A DNA stretch of 56,805 nucleotides from Catajapyx aquilonaris (lineage: Eukaryota). Below the pieces are notes generated by a model. It was not told the origin of the DNA and did no database searches. It saw only the letters and a program-made list of their open reading frames with translations. The position numbers and the translations under genes were made by a program. The DNA lies in NCBI GenBank assembly GCA_000934665.2, contig JYFJ02002451.1, positions 1 through 56,805 on the forward strand, written 5' to 3'. This document shows positions 41,379 to 53,957 of the stretch, one piece after another. Numbering within the stretch: position 1 is the stretch's first letter; each line of letters begins with the position of its first letter.

Positions 41379-42438
41379 ACAGAAATCTACTGCCTCAAGG
41401 CCTGACTCTTAAAAATCTATAGCACAATGTAAATTTTTGTATTGTTTTACCTAATGCGTTTCCATCTCATCGCAGGCGATTATCAAGACAGGGGTAACTT
41501 GCAGTCTTGGTTTAGTTGGAATCTTGTTTATCTTGTACATTTTTGCACAGTTTCGTGCTCTGGAAATAGGATTAGAGCTAGTTACAGTGACCCAAATATA
41601 TTGCAGTAGTTGTACACTGTGATGCCTGGAGCTCACATGATAAACGTCCCACAACATTTGATATTACCCACTATAACTCAACATTATCACTGATTATAAC
41701 GATCTTCTTCAGGATTAATGTCGATGGACACTACAATAGCTTTTCTGCTAAAAATGTGCGCTTTCAGGTTGCTTCAGCTGTGCTTCAAGTTTAAAATAGC
41801 CACAGAAGGAACCAGGAATTTTCCTGAATCTGTTAAGTAATTATTCCTATATGGCAGTAGTATATTATTTCCAATTTCTAGGGTCGCATACGTACAGTAT
41901 TGTTTTGTTTATTGAATCTGAACTTTAGTCAAATAGACATACGTGCATTCATTTTCCCCAATGGGGAATTTCATCTCCTATTAGTGTACAAAATAATACA
42001 TCTGTGTGTATTCCGTTTTGTTCCAGGTTGGATTGACGTCACTCTTGTTGTCATTGTTACCACGATTGTTACTGTCACTGACCCAAGACGGTTTTTTAAA
42101 AAATCAGATTTTAGACCTTACAAACAAACCAAAAAAGGTGGTTTATTATGAGATCAAGGTGTGTCATGATAACATTTTTGCCACCCTGACCCCCCAGCTG
42201 TATTTTTCATTACAATCAAGCAGCTTAGAAATGTGTGCACGAGCACGGGCCACGTTTTCGGTATAAGTAATATTAATCTAATTTGTGTCCGACAGTTTCG
42301 AATACCTAAGGGACCACCCAGGGTGAATGACATTAAGCCAATTAAGAGAGGATGATGGAGGTGAACCAATCGAGTAATTCTTTTGTGTGTGTGTGTGGAC
42401 GACCCCTTATCAGCACCAAATTAATATTAATGTCCCTC

Positions 42439-43878
42439 TTATCGCGTTGCCTCTTCTGATTGGGTCTCTACGTAGTCGTCTACGTCGTCGTCGTCGTCAT
42501 CACCCTCCGTAGATTCGACGACCGCCGCCTTGTTGATGGACACCTGATTGGTGGTGATCCCTCTCTGGATGAGGTCTGTGTACATCCTGAGCAGTTTGCT
42601 TTTCTCCGCAGACATTCCTCCAATGGCCTTCTTCAGTATGTCACTGAACTTGGCCGCGTCCGCCTTGTCCTCCTCGGGCATCTTCTTGATGGTTGAGACG
42701 AACTCTGTTGTCTGGTCCTCGAAGGCCCTCACCGAGAGGCCGTCCGCGCTCTTCATCTTCTCGATGGCGGCCATTACTTTTGCCCCGAAAGCCATGGCCT
42801 CCTCCTGGTCCTGGTTAGGAAGCATCTGAAGAGCGTCCATCAGCACCTTTTTCGGGTCGATGATGTCATCTTTTGGTCAGCACATGAAAGAAAACGAAAC
42901 TTGATAAACATAGCGATAAATCAAAAAACAAGTTAAATTTTTTGTGTGTAAAATCTGCTCCTTACACGTGTGAGTTGGTTGCATTAATTGGCATAATAAA
43001 GCATAAATAATGAGTGTAATTGTAGATGAGATGACACGAGTTCCACAATTGATATTATATAAAGCACAAGAGTGATGCGAGTTATCGGACACAAGGCTAT
43101 GCCGCCTCCGTCTGCGTCATCGAGTGTTATAAATGATTGTTTCGCAGGCTTTTTATGGAGAAGAAAAAGCTATATACATACTCTACCACTGCCCTTTCAG
43201 ACTGCACTTTTTTATGAATTGGATTTCTCTGCATTTAATGCGATGATATCGTCTATCAAACAATGGAAGTGTCCCCACAAAAGTTTCACTAATGTTTTCT
43301 GCATGTGGAAAAATGCAAAGCATCTTATGGACGACAACAAGAGTTTAAAAAAAAAGTCAGCACATATTTTCCCCATCCACATGAATAAGCAAGGATTTAT
43401 ACACTCCGTGGCATCTAATTATTGCGTGGAAAGCATTACAAGATAGTACATAGCACAATAGTCCATTATGGGCGAACGTCTATGTAACAAAACGATATTG
43501 GCACAACTCTTCCCAAAACAAGTTTAAAAGGCTGCATTTTCCAATATCTATTTGAAATATTATGTACCCAGCAAGCTAGATACGTAAGTCATTATCAATA
43601 GGTCGCATGCCTATGAACAATACCATTAATGGACGCAACGTGGTCTAACATCAGAAGTCTTGTGTCCCGATTACTCTTATTAATATTTAAACATTATATA
43701 AATTGCTGAGAGGGATCTGCTGTACTGAAAGGACAACGGATGATCCAACTAATGAGATGCAAATAATGTCTGCAATTAAACAAGACTTCCAGTACACAAT
43801 ACCTGATGGTCTTCCATGAATCACGACCGTACAACAGGAGACCATTGTTGCGAGGACCCAGAGGAAGAAGGACTTCAT
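42439..43878 (-). CDS. Uncharacterised secreted helical protein with acidic tail (X2), ~168 aa
   Basis: Exon 43878-43803 (MKSFFLWVLATMVSCCTVVIHGRPS, CAG|GTATTG, phase 1) joins exon 42869-42439 (DDIIDPKKVLMDALQML...DDDDDDVDDYVETQSEEATR*). Aligns colinearly with X1. A small middle exon may be missed. Confidence 0.8.
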
Positions 43879-44658
43879 GTCGGAGCCTGGGCCGATAGCC
43901 AAGCTCTACCTGCTCGATTGAGAATGGAAAAATGTTATGCCCTTTTTCATTGTCACCTATACTCCTTGGTGACGGGAACGTTTAATAGCCCTGCTTTACA
44001 GCCCTTTGTTTCACTTCTTATGAACAGGTCTAATCAACCAAATTAATTTCGCGATATCGAACGCTGGGCAGTGACCCTCATGTATGAAAAGTGACATCAA
44101 TCCATCGCATCAATCGGTGGAAGAAAAATCACGATTCATCTTATCGGATTTGCTGATTTGAAAATAAAAAAGTTACTACGGTGTACGGCTGTAGTGCCAT
44201 GAGTTGACAGATTCGGACATAGTATAGTCGTAAAATTGTAAAGATTTCGAGATATGAGCATTTCAATGTGATCATTTGTTGCAAACATTTCTCTGAGAAA
44301 CTGTACCTGATTCAATGCGAATGAAAATGGCCGAAGTCAAGTCTCTTTTTGGCCTACTCTATAATTGTATATTAGGTTTCTTTGTAATACACCATTCAAT
44401 GTAGCAGCAACAGAGTTTGCTGATAACACACATACCCGTATACCTTCAATTATGCAAGTATAACCTTGCATCCATTTTACCATGATTTTGCAACACGCGA
44501 GCATATGCTGTTATGTTATTTGTGGGCAACCATTTGTCCACATAACTCACATCCATCACATTTTGTTGCAGACCTTTGTATTGTATAATAGCATCTAAGC
44601 AACCCAGCTTGTATATAAGCATAATTCCAGAGCAGTAGGCATTTCATTCGGCACAAAA

Positions 44659-47631
44659 ATGCTTGTCTTGTTACCATTGCTCTTGCTGTTTATGAGAGGT
44701 AAGAACGTCTTATTGTAATTGCTATAAAGCTATACCAAACTCTTCTTACTACAACTGGGTAATTCTATGTCTTAATGCTTATGCCATCTTACAGTTGGCG
44801 GAGTGATTGACAAGCCTGATTGCCAGGATGTAATCTTCGATTATGATGACTACTTGTCTGTACTCAACAAAACTGTTGTGGAAGAAGTTATACATTTCAT
44901 AACATACCTGACGACCCTGAGTGTAAATAAAACAGTCGACTGTGGTAAGTGTCACTCTAAAGATTAATGTCGGGCCATTCAGTGTTGAAGCCCAGTGTTA
45001 AATATTTATATTCTCAACACCTTTAATAACAGGTGAGCCGATAGGGGAGTTCAATAACTGCAACGGAAGCTGCTACGTGTTAGGAATGCCCAACTGCAAA
45101 TTGGCCAATACTAGTTTTTACATTACGAATTCTTATGACCCTTCTGTCACTCATCACCTGGCTTACAACGATTCCGAAGCCCTGAACATGACCAAATTTA
45201 AAAAGGACTGCGATACAGTTCTGATCGTCCCCGGATTCACACAGGGGGCCCAATCAGGATGGGTCGTGACACTTCAACAAGCCTACATTTGGAAGGTCAG
45301 TCTCCAGCTTCACTCAAATATTCTGCTCTATAAGTAATATTTACTGACCTACTTCCATAACATTGTGACTCCTTTTTATAGTACCAGAAGCAGGGAAGCT
45401 GCGTCAACACAATTCGTGTCAGTCTTGAAACCTTTCCCAATATAAATTACCTCGAAATTGGTCAAAATGCAGACCTGTTTGGGAGGCAGATAGGATACTT
45501 CATTCATCTGCTCGTGGTCACACTCGGAGCCAATGCAGCCAAGATTCACCTGATTGGATTCAGCTGGTCGGGACAAATGGTGGGATACGCGGGGAAATAC
45601 CTGGTCGAGAAGTACGACACCAAGATTGGAAGAATTACAGGTAAGTTAATACGAGTATAATGCTCACAAAAAAGTGGTTCATAATGATTCAAATAACTAC
45701 TTATAGCATGAACTTCTGGGAACCAGAAGATCAGTTTGTGCAGAAATAATATTTGGTCTGAGCAGCTTCGTTACTTAGATAATTATCATTATACACTTTT
45801 TTTCAGCTCTGGATCCTGCTTCTGTAGGTGGGTGTACTTATCTGCAAATGACCTCAGGCATTTTGGCTATCACTCCTGAGAGAGCGGTACTCGTAGACGT
45901 CATGCACACAAATGGAGGTGGTGTACCTCTTCTGCTCTGGGGTTGCATTGAGCAAGTCGGAACAGTGGACTACTATCCTAACGGAGGTCAAAATCAGCCT
46001 TGTAAAAATGTACTTGCAAATGATGCGATATGTAAGTATCGCAAAGTGACACTTCCTACAGCAGATTCTTTCGATGCCTTGCTCACTTTTTTTTCTTCAT
46101 TTTCAGTAAACCCATTTTGCAGTCATTTCGCAGCACCAATATATTACATATGCAGCGTCCTTTCTGAAAATTGTACATTTAATTCATTTCCCGCTAATAA
46201 TTATACTGACTACAAAAAATTCGAACTTGGCGAGTACTTCCCCTGCAGCAATGGAAGCAACTGCGGCAAAATGGGATTCCATTCCAATGAGACAAACGCG
46301 ACGGGAGTGCAGCTTCTGAAGACTCTGGACAAACCTCCTTACTGTGGTCAGCTGGCTCACGCCTTTCTCATTAATAATAATAAGAAGAAATACTGTACGA
46401 TGATCTTTAATAATATCGCATCTTTTGTAAGTCGTGTCTCATGCGTTTGACAAAAGTACAGAGGATATTTTAATATTCGTGAGAATAACTTTCACAACTC
46501 TGCACCTTCACAAGACGTATACATCGCCCTAAATGCTGATGACGTTGAGGTTTTTGTTTGCGTGCTGGTATTCAGATATGGCAGTAAGTGTAAGATGATG
46601 ACTTCTGAAGCTAAACGCAGCGTAGGCTCGTGTACGTATACAAGAACATGCTTTTTATATCGCACTGAAATATTTTTCACTTTGAAAATTTTAGGTTACG
46701 CGGCCGTAAGGAGTTTCCTCGTTACTCCTGCCTTTAACTTATACCAGATGTTATTTCATGGGTATACTATATAAGATGCACACGAAGTTCAAATTACCAG
46801 TTTCGAGATAATGGAAAGCAAAGATTTTACACTTTCTTACATTCTATTGGGAGGAGAAGGTTCATCCTCGCTTTGTAGGTAACTAAATTATGAGGTTTAG
46901 GACTAAATTGATTTTACGAGGTTTAGAGCAGAAAAAATGGTCAAACAGGTAACTCAAAATTTGGACTTACGCCCTAATGGATTTCTCTTTTATGCCGACG
47001 GCATGTGCTTTTTTCCTTAATTGTGACGGAGTAATAAATAATTAATTGTTTCCCAACAAAATTCAGGGACCCATTATTCGGTAAACATCACATTTACTTC
47101 GCCATTGTCTCTAAAACTGGGGCTGCAGATCACGCTGAAAGACGCTAATGGCAATACAACTGGCCCAATGCAATTTCCATGTGTGTAAGTATGGCTACTC
47201 TGGCATTACCTTGTGGTGGGGTAATTACACTATACTTATAATGTATATTTAACAGGGATGTTGGTTATAAAACGACGGTGAATGTTGTCATCGGGAATTA
47301 CGTTCCCTTAGATTTTGGTGTCGGCAAGGACATTAATGCAACACTGAACGGATTGGCAATTTTTATGCCAATCGATAAAATGAGTGTGACAAACGACAAG
47401 GGTACAAGGTAAAGCATACTATTATGTGATTCTGGTTGGAGAGTTACCTAAACCATTTATCTAATGCCAGCACCTGGCTTTCAATAGAAATGCTTTCCTA
47501 ATATAAATGACAGCTACAACTGTAACAGCTAGACTCACTGTCAGTCCTTTTCGTTTAATTTCCGCAAGTACTACTGTCGTGCTGGTATAGGCCTACCCAC
47601 GTCTTACCCGCTGAAAGACAACAACTGTTAA
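44659..47631 (+). CDS. Secreted pancreatic-lipase family protein, copy 2
   Basis: Exons 44659-44698, 44795-44944, 45033-45295, ~45382/45394-45640, 45807-46031, 46107-46346, 47067-47184, 47256-47408. The last exon is ambiguous (47514-47532 or 47565-47631). IHLIGFSWS, ALDPA, VDVMHTNGG, VDYYPNGG, CSH. TATA-like TATATAAG at ~44613. Confidence 0.85.
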
Positions 47632-48931
47632 ATCCACTGAAAAATCATCATCATATTGCAAGATGCGAAAAGGGCGACCTTTGTAAGTTATGGACTAATG
47701 TGAAAACGAGTGTACCGTATATATGCCTGTTTTATGTATCTCTCCTCAATATTAAATCTTAATATATCCTTTCTGTGAGCATCACCATATTGTTTTAATA
47801 ATTACCCGATGAGTTATGATAAGGCACACCGCACAGTATACACTAGGATAGCATCATTACGTACTGTACATCAATTTTCATCCCAATTTCTACATCAATG
47901 GCATTTTTTGAATTTTGGAATGCAACGGGGTAGGCCTACGACTAGAAAAGTATAACATTATTTAAACTCGGATACTGAATACACAATATAATATGTCTTT
48001 GTTGCTTAATATTGCTTAACGTAATATTTTCCCGCTACTGAGGTCCACCTTCGCATAACATGGCCCATACATACAGTGTATTTAAGTGTATAACCCCGCG
48101 GCTTTCACCGTGGCATCATTCTGCTGCCTCAATGTGTCCGTTTCGTGTTTTCATTTGTTCCTCTGGTACACACTCAAACAAACCACAGCCGTATTCGCGA
48201 CAATCGCTTATGCAACATGGTAAGTCTGCTGGTGACTGGTGTCTGGTCATTGGTAAAAAAAAAGAAGACAAAGGCCTAGTGAATACCATCCGTCTGGCAC
48301 TGCCTGTCCTATTTACTTGTACATGCCAAGTTCTTTACGTAATGATTAGACAAAGCTCGTAACATTTTATTTCCATCAACCAGAGGATGGATAATTTTAT
48401 GTACAAAAAGATTATTCTTTTGGCCTGCGCCCCTCATCCCATCGCACAAAATAATTGGCCAGTGTGAAGTTGCCAACCAGTATGATTGTTCCTGAACTTT
48501 CAAATAGAGCGTTAGAATCTGCGTAGAATGCACTGTATGTGGTAGAAAGATACTCTCACTGTATCCTAATTTTATTGTCATTATTTTTCGTATTAAGCAC
48601 CTCGAAATTAGTCAAAATTTGATATTTTCATTGCATAAGTTTTTTTTGTGTTGCCCAGTGATATAATTAGAAACACATGTCATGTCACACACAGTATCCA
48701 CAATTCCACATGCCATCATTATGCAACGACCTCAGCAACTGCCCTATACACATCCCTACATCCTGTGGACCTACACCGATTGTACTGGGAATGAATAATG
48801 TTGCACAAGATACGTCAGTGCGTACAGGTGTTCTTTTGTCTGTAAATCGAATGGTTCCAAACCTTATGCACTCAGATTCTACATACAAGCTTGCTGTACA
48901 GTCATAATAATTTTCGTAAGGACTTGCAAGG

Positions 48932-49741
48932 ATGAGACGGTTTCTGGTCCTCCTCTCCCTGCTTCTGGTTTTCTATCTTTCTAGCTTTACATGTTATACT
49001 ATTGAAGGATAATGAGGAGCTGACCTGGGAAGGAACTGTTTTCATTATGCCACGTTTTGATTAATATGAATACGTATTTTCATTGCTGCAATTAGTTGGT
49101 GGCGAAGAAGTACCAAAGCCAGAGTATCCAGATACAAGTTTTGATTACAAGTTCTATAGCAGTCAGCTTGTTAATGCGATTTTGTATAACGTCTTGAAAC
49201 TGAGAGAAATCCTCAAGTCACCAACACACATGGAATCAGAGAGTGATTGTGGTAAGTGCGTTTACGGGAAAAAAAGTGCAGAGATGATGAGCTACAATTC
49301 TGCGTAAAAAAGTGTGATTTTTTCTGACGTAAATTGCCTGTACTTACAGGAGATCGGATCGGAAAATTTGACAGTCGCAACAAATCGTGTTATTGGTTGG
49401 GATTTCTTCGGGGCTTCCGTACGAAATATCAACCACTGGATTTTAGCGAGACCATCACTGCAAAGATATCTGCTGCCGATCTCACGCCAATAAAGCGGAT
49501 GTCAGTAACTTAGTCAGGATGGACAGAGGTAAAGAACAAAGAGTGACGTTAATCATTTTCAGTCGCTTTCGTGTGTTCCTATTACATGTTTACATGCGGA
49601 GAGAATGGAATGTAATCATTTTCACATTCCAGCAAATACTACTGCGGTCCTACAGTCTCTGGAGGCCTGCTAATGGAGAGGAAGATCCCCCTTGATAAGA
49701 GCACGCCTTGTTGGCTATTCCGATTGTTATATTTCAATTAG
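48932..49741 (+). pseudogene. Internally deleted lipase pseudogene
   Basis: Signal exon from 48932 lacks its donor; exon 2 at 49096-49251 is intact. 49350-49528 fuses exon-3-like DRIGKFDSRNKSCYWLG to exon-8-like YQPLDFSETITAKI...MSVT with TAG at 49511. Last exon 49633-49741 (KYYCG). No catalytic exons. Confidence 0.8.
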
Positions 49742-50436
49742 TATTATATTAGTCTATCTTTCCCGGTTCTTGAAGAAAATGTTGAATTCGACTGTCCATC
49801 CACATTTGGTGTAGCAATTTTGTACTAAAATTAATTAACAATATATTGGTTGTATGATTAAATGCAGAACGCAAATTTATTGTGGGTAGATCAGAAAGTT
49901 GATCATCATTCTCTGCATGGTGTATGATCATTTCAGCACAATGTTAAGTAATGAATTTTTCTTTAAAGGCATTCATCGTAGAAAAGACATAGGCAAATTA
50001 AAGAGTAAGATTAGCACATGCTCCGCAAGTTACTAGTGCATGCCTAAAGAATCAAGAGTCAAGGGCCGGTTGCACACATTTAGAATGATTGACGGGGGTT
50101 TAATAATCAGCAATTTCGTTCAATATGAGCCACATGATGTCAATTTTTTATGAACGGTCATTTGCCACACTTTGTAAACAATAAAGGCGAAAATAATACT
50201 TTCAGGCAGATTCTCCTAGTGCGATGCAGGTTTCTGAACTGGCAAGGATGCATGAGTAGCCCCTGCAACAACCAACACCAAATTCCCCAAGTCTTTTTCG
50301 AGATTGTGAAGACAGACGTTTGACGAAAATGAGACTAGATGACTGTCCAAATGGCTACTTTCCATGGCAATAATGCCGCGATTTCTCCAAAGATACCTGC
50401 ATCTTACTGGAGAAACTTAAAACAAACTTACTATAA

Positions 50437-50547
50437 CCTCCTGAGACCCGGAGTACAGTATAATGTACCTTTTTTACGCGTTTGAGTTAGTCAGAAGGTG
50501 CTGGAAAAAACAAAGGTACAGTATTCTGTACCAGGGGTCTCAGGAGG
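50437..50547. mobile_element. Small MITE with inverted termini (possibly piggyBac-like)
   Basis: CCTCCTGAGACCC.G.GTACAG...TGTACCTTT pairs with AAAGGTACA...CTGTACCAGGGGTCTCAGGAGG; TSD not intact. Confidence 0.6.
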
Positions 50548-50959
50548 ATAACTATTTGTCCAGGAGGAAAGCTGGTCAGCTGTGACGAAACAAAAATATT
50601 ATAATCCATGTGACAACGATATCCGGAGCAAAGGAAATGGAGAAGAGTGTGGGTGAAAACCAGTGCAAACTTTCGAAGGGCTCACCATTCAAAACCACAT
50701 ACCCATCGACCCTCCGACATGTCCACAACTCGACCCTGGGCCGTGCCTGGACTACTGGGTGGTGGGAGCTACTGGGTGGGGGCAACTTTGAGCATTTCAT
50801 CTGAATCCCTCCAGCAAACACCAAAATGAGCCCTTTTCAGGGCCAACACATGATTCAGTTTGAAGATGAGGAAATAAAAGAGATGATGACAGGCACGGTG
50901 GGCACCTTTCCATTTCAGGGTTGCAACAGTCTCACGTCAGTCTTTTTTTTGTTTAATGT

Positions 50960-53010
50960 CACTGTCGTGCTGGGACTGTATATATTGTACAGTATAGTCC
51001 TACCCACGATGAATCCGTGCCATCTTAAAGACAACTGTTAAGTCAACTGAGAAATAATATAATAACCTAGAAGATGCGAAAAGGACGACCTTCATTATTA
51101 CAGACTAATGTGAAAACAAGTTTATTTTATACCTGTTTTATGTACCTTTCCTAGTATGTACCTGGCATTCCTTTCATGCCCAGATCTGGCCGCGAAAATA
51201 TTTGACAAAGACGCGAAACACATGGTAGCATGCAGTGCGACAAAAGCCTTTGTTACCCATGCAGTACGACACCACCTGACAAAGTCCACTTGAATGCCTT
51301 GATCACAATGCTGCTGGAGCTGATGTTCCTCTGACGTCTGAAGCGACCTTCGATGCTGGTGTATCACTTCGGTACTCCGGTGTACACCTGCAGTGGTACT
51401 CCCAGATAATCCTTAGGTACCTTATTCTTTGGTACTCCTGGGTACTTATTGAATTTGGTACTCCAGTGGCAGTGTACACTTGACAATCGAGTGGTTAACC
51501 CCTTGGTGATAGATATAATTATATTGAATTTAGGTCGTTAATAATAATTCATGTCTGATGCTGTTTTCATCATGTGGGGTCATCTTTACCGTCAAAGGCC
51601 ACGGTCATGGTCATTTTGTTATAACTAAATGTTATAACTAAACCAACTTTCCATGTCTTCGTTGCTTAATATTGCTTAACCTAATATTTTCCCGCTACTG
51701 AGGTCCACCTTCGCGTAACATGGCCCATACATAAAGTAGGCTATAACCCCGCGGCCTTCACCATGACATATGAGGGGTGTGGTGAATAAACATACTCGTA
51801 ATAACTGGCAAAGTTGTAATTTTTCAGGAGAGTGAATAGAAGTTTGCATTTTCTTAACAAATCATTGAGAATCCTGGTTTTGATCTAGTCCGTGTGGCCG
51901 TCTCGTGCATGATACGTGACATTGGAGTATACCAAACTGTTTGTCATGTCTTACATAGTTGCTAGGTGTTCAGGTCAAAAATGACAAGAATGTCAGTTTT
52001 CATGTTTTTATACCACACCCCTCATTATGTTGCCTCCATGTGTCAGTTACGTGTTTTCATTTGTTCCTCTGGTACACAGTAAAACAAACCACAGCTTTCG
52101 CGACAATCTCTTATGCAACATGGCAGGTCTGGTGACTGGTGTCTGGTCATGGGTTAAAAAAAGACAGGCTAGCGAATACCATCAGTCTGGCACGGCATGT
52201 CCCATTTACATGTCAAGTGAGTTACGTAAGGATTAGGCAAAGCTTGTACCATTTTTTCCAACAACCAGAGGATAGATTTACAGAGAGATTATTCGTTTGA
52301 CCTGCGCCCCTCATCCACAAAATAATTGCCCAGCGTGAAGCTGTCAGCATGTATGATTGTTACTGAACTTTCAAAGAGCGCGTTAGAATCTGCGTAGAAT
52401 GTACTGAATATGGTAGAGAGATGCTATAATTTTACCGACATAGTTCCAGAGATAATATTGTGTTTAATAATCCTGAGGCCACCCATCCCCTTCGGAAAGA
52501 TTGTTCTCGGGAATAAAATTAGCTGAAAGGCTTAACGAGCGGACATTCACGGAAATTGACAATTTTATGTAGAGAAGAGGTGAAGAAGAAAAAAATGAAG
52601 CTGAAAATATATTGGTGGGTGGAGAGGCGGAGTGGCACTGCGGACTCGGAATCGAAAATGATTGATTTAAGACCGTTTTTCTAGCAATGGGGTTGATATT
52701 TTATTGCAAAGGTTTTGTTATAAAAAGGATCAGAAGCACATGTTATGTCACCCACAGTATCGACATGTCATCGTTATAGAGCTACCTCAGCAGCTGCGAC
52801 ATACATCACTACATACTGTAGATGAATAATGTTACACATGATGATATGTGTGTGTGCTACAGGTGCTCTTTTGTCTATAAATCGAATGGTACGAAACCTT
52901 ATGCTTTCAGGTTCTATCTATACAAGCTTGCTCGAAGGTACTACTCTTCGTAAGCACCTGCAGCAAGGATGAGACGTTTTCTTGTCCTCATCTCCCTGTC
53001 TATGGCTGGT
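50960..53010 (+). repeat. Diverged segmental duplicate of ~47573-48970 (lipase 3' end + intergenic + next first exon)
   Basis: Colinear blocks: 50960-51145 ~ 47573-47740; 51654-51760 ~ 47994-48108; 52050-52420 ~ 48143-48550; 52737-53010 ~ 48673-48970. Confidence 0.85.
52969..53008 (+). CDS. Additional lipase signal-peptide first exon (alternative or orphan)
   Basis: ATG...MRRFLVLISLSMA G|GTAAGA, 40 nt, phase 1. Downstream 53263-53305 resembles intron 1 of lipase copy 2 (44721-44763). Confidence 0.6.
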
Positions 53011-53957
53011 AAGAATATTATAACTTTATTAACTACAATATTCAAAATGATCAGAATAAGTTATTGTGATATTAACTACATTTTAAGCACAACAATGGGG
53101 GGCCTGAGAGCATGAATGGCGTATGCCACTCGACAGGGTATATCGAGTTATCGACACAGGTAGAATCCTCACACCATATTATATTCTACCAGTGTCACAG
53201 ACTAAATGCTTAAGTTGGGATGTGTTATTATCTGACACCATGGTATTGAGACACCATGATATGCTATAAAGCCATACCAAGCTCCTCTTACTACAACTGT
53301 GTAATGATTTTTCTGAAGGTGTACTATCATGCTGTTATTGTTCCGTTTTGGTGGAATAACTGCCTTTCCATGAATCCACAATAACACCCTCAGAACAGCG
53401 CCTGGTTCATCTCACACAAAGTCCAGTACCATTACAACACCAATTTGAAAAACGATATAAAGATAAACCTGGCTCCTTGTTTAACGAAGCAAAAAAAAAC
53501 AACGTAATCTCTCAGGGGGAACTGGAAAGTAAGTTCAAATTTTATTTCTAAGTGTTCGAGTTTGAATACATTCGGTTATTAGTAAATGATGGATTGAGAA
53601 AGGTGAGCTCAGATTGCAATGGTTCTGTTTGCGAGAACTGTGGCCCTTTACATGTAAGACACAAAATTTGGTGGCGTAATCACATACGGTATGTCACCTG
53701 CACTACGACATGGCAGCGTTATGCAACAACCTCAGCAGCCACGCCATGCATTGTAGTATACCTACAGTAGAGGTGGGGAAAGAATAATTGAGCACTTATG
53801 TAGAATCCACCACATGATACGTCCACAAAAACACATGTCGCAGATGTTATTTTGTCCAAAATTGCATTATTCGAAACCTTGTTCGTAACTTTATTCCCTC
53901 ACTACTTCTGATCTACCTACTTGTTACACAGTCACACTTTGTTGAGGGCTAGCAAAG

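Noticed and set aside
43085..43111. Middle micro-exon of X2 (GCAG|ACGGAGGCGGC)
   Set aside because: Plausible acceptor but no convincing phase-1 donor; exon 1 already joins the last exon in frame.
51360..51482. Cluster of GGTACTCC/GGTAC motifs
   Set aside because: Irregular spacing and no termini identified; probably decayed repeat sequence, not enough to call.
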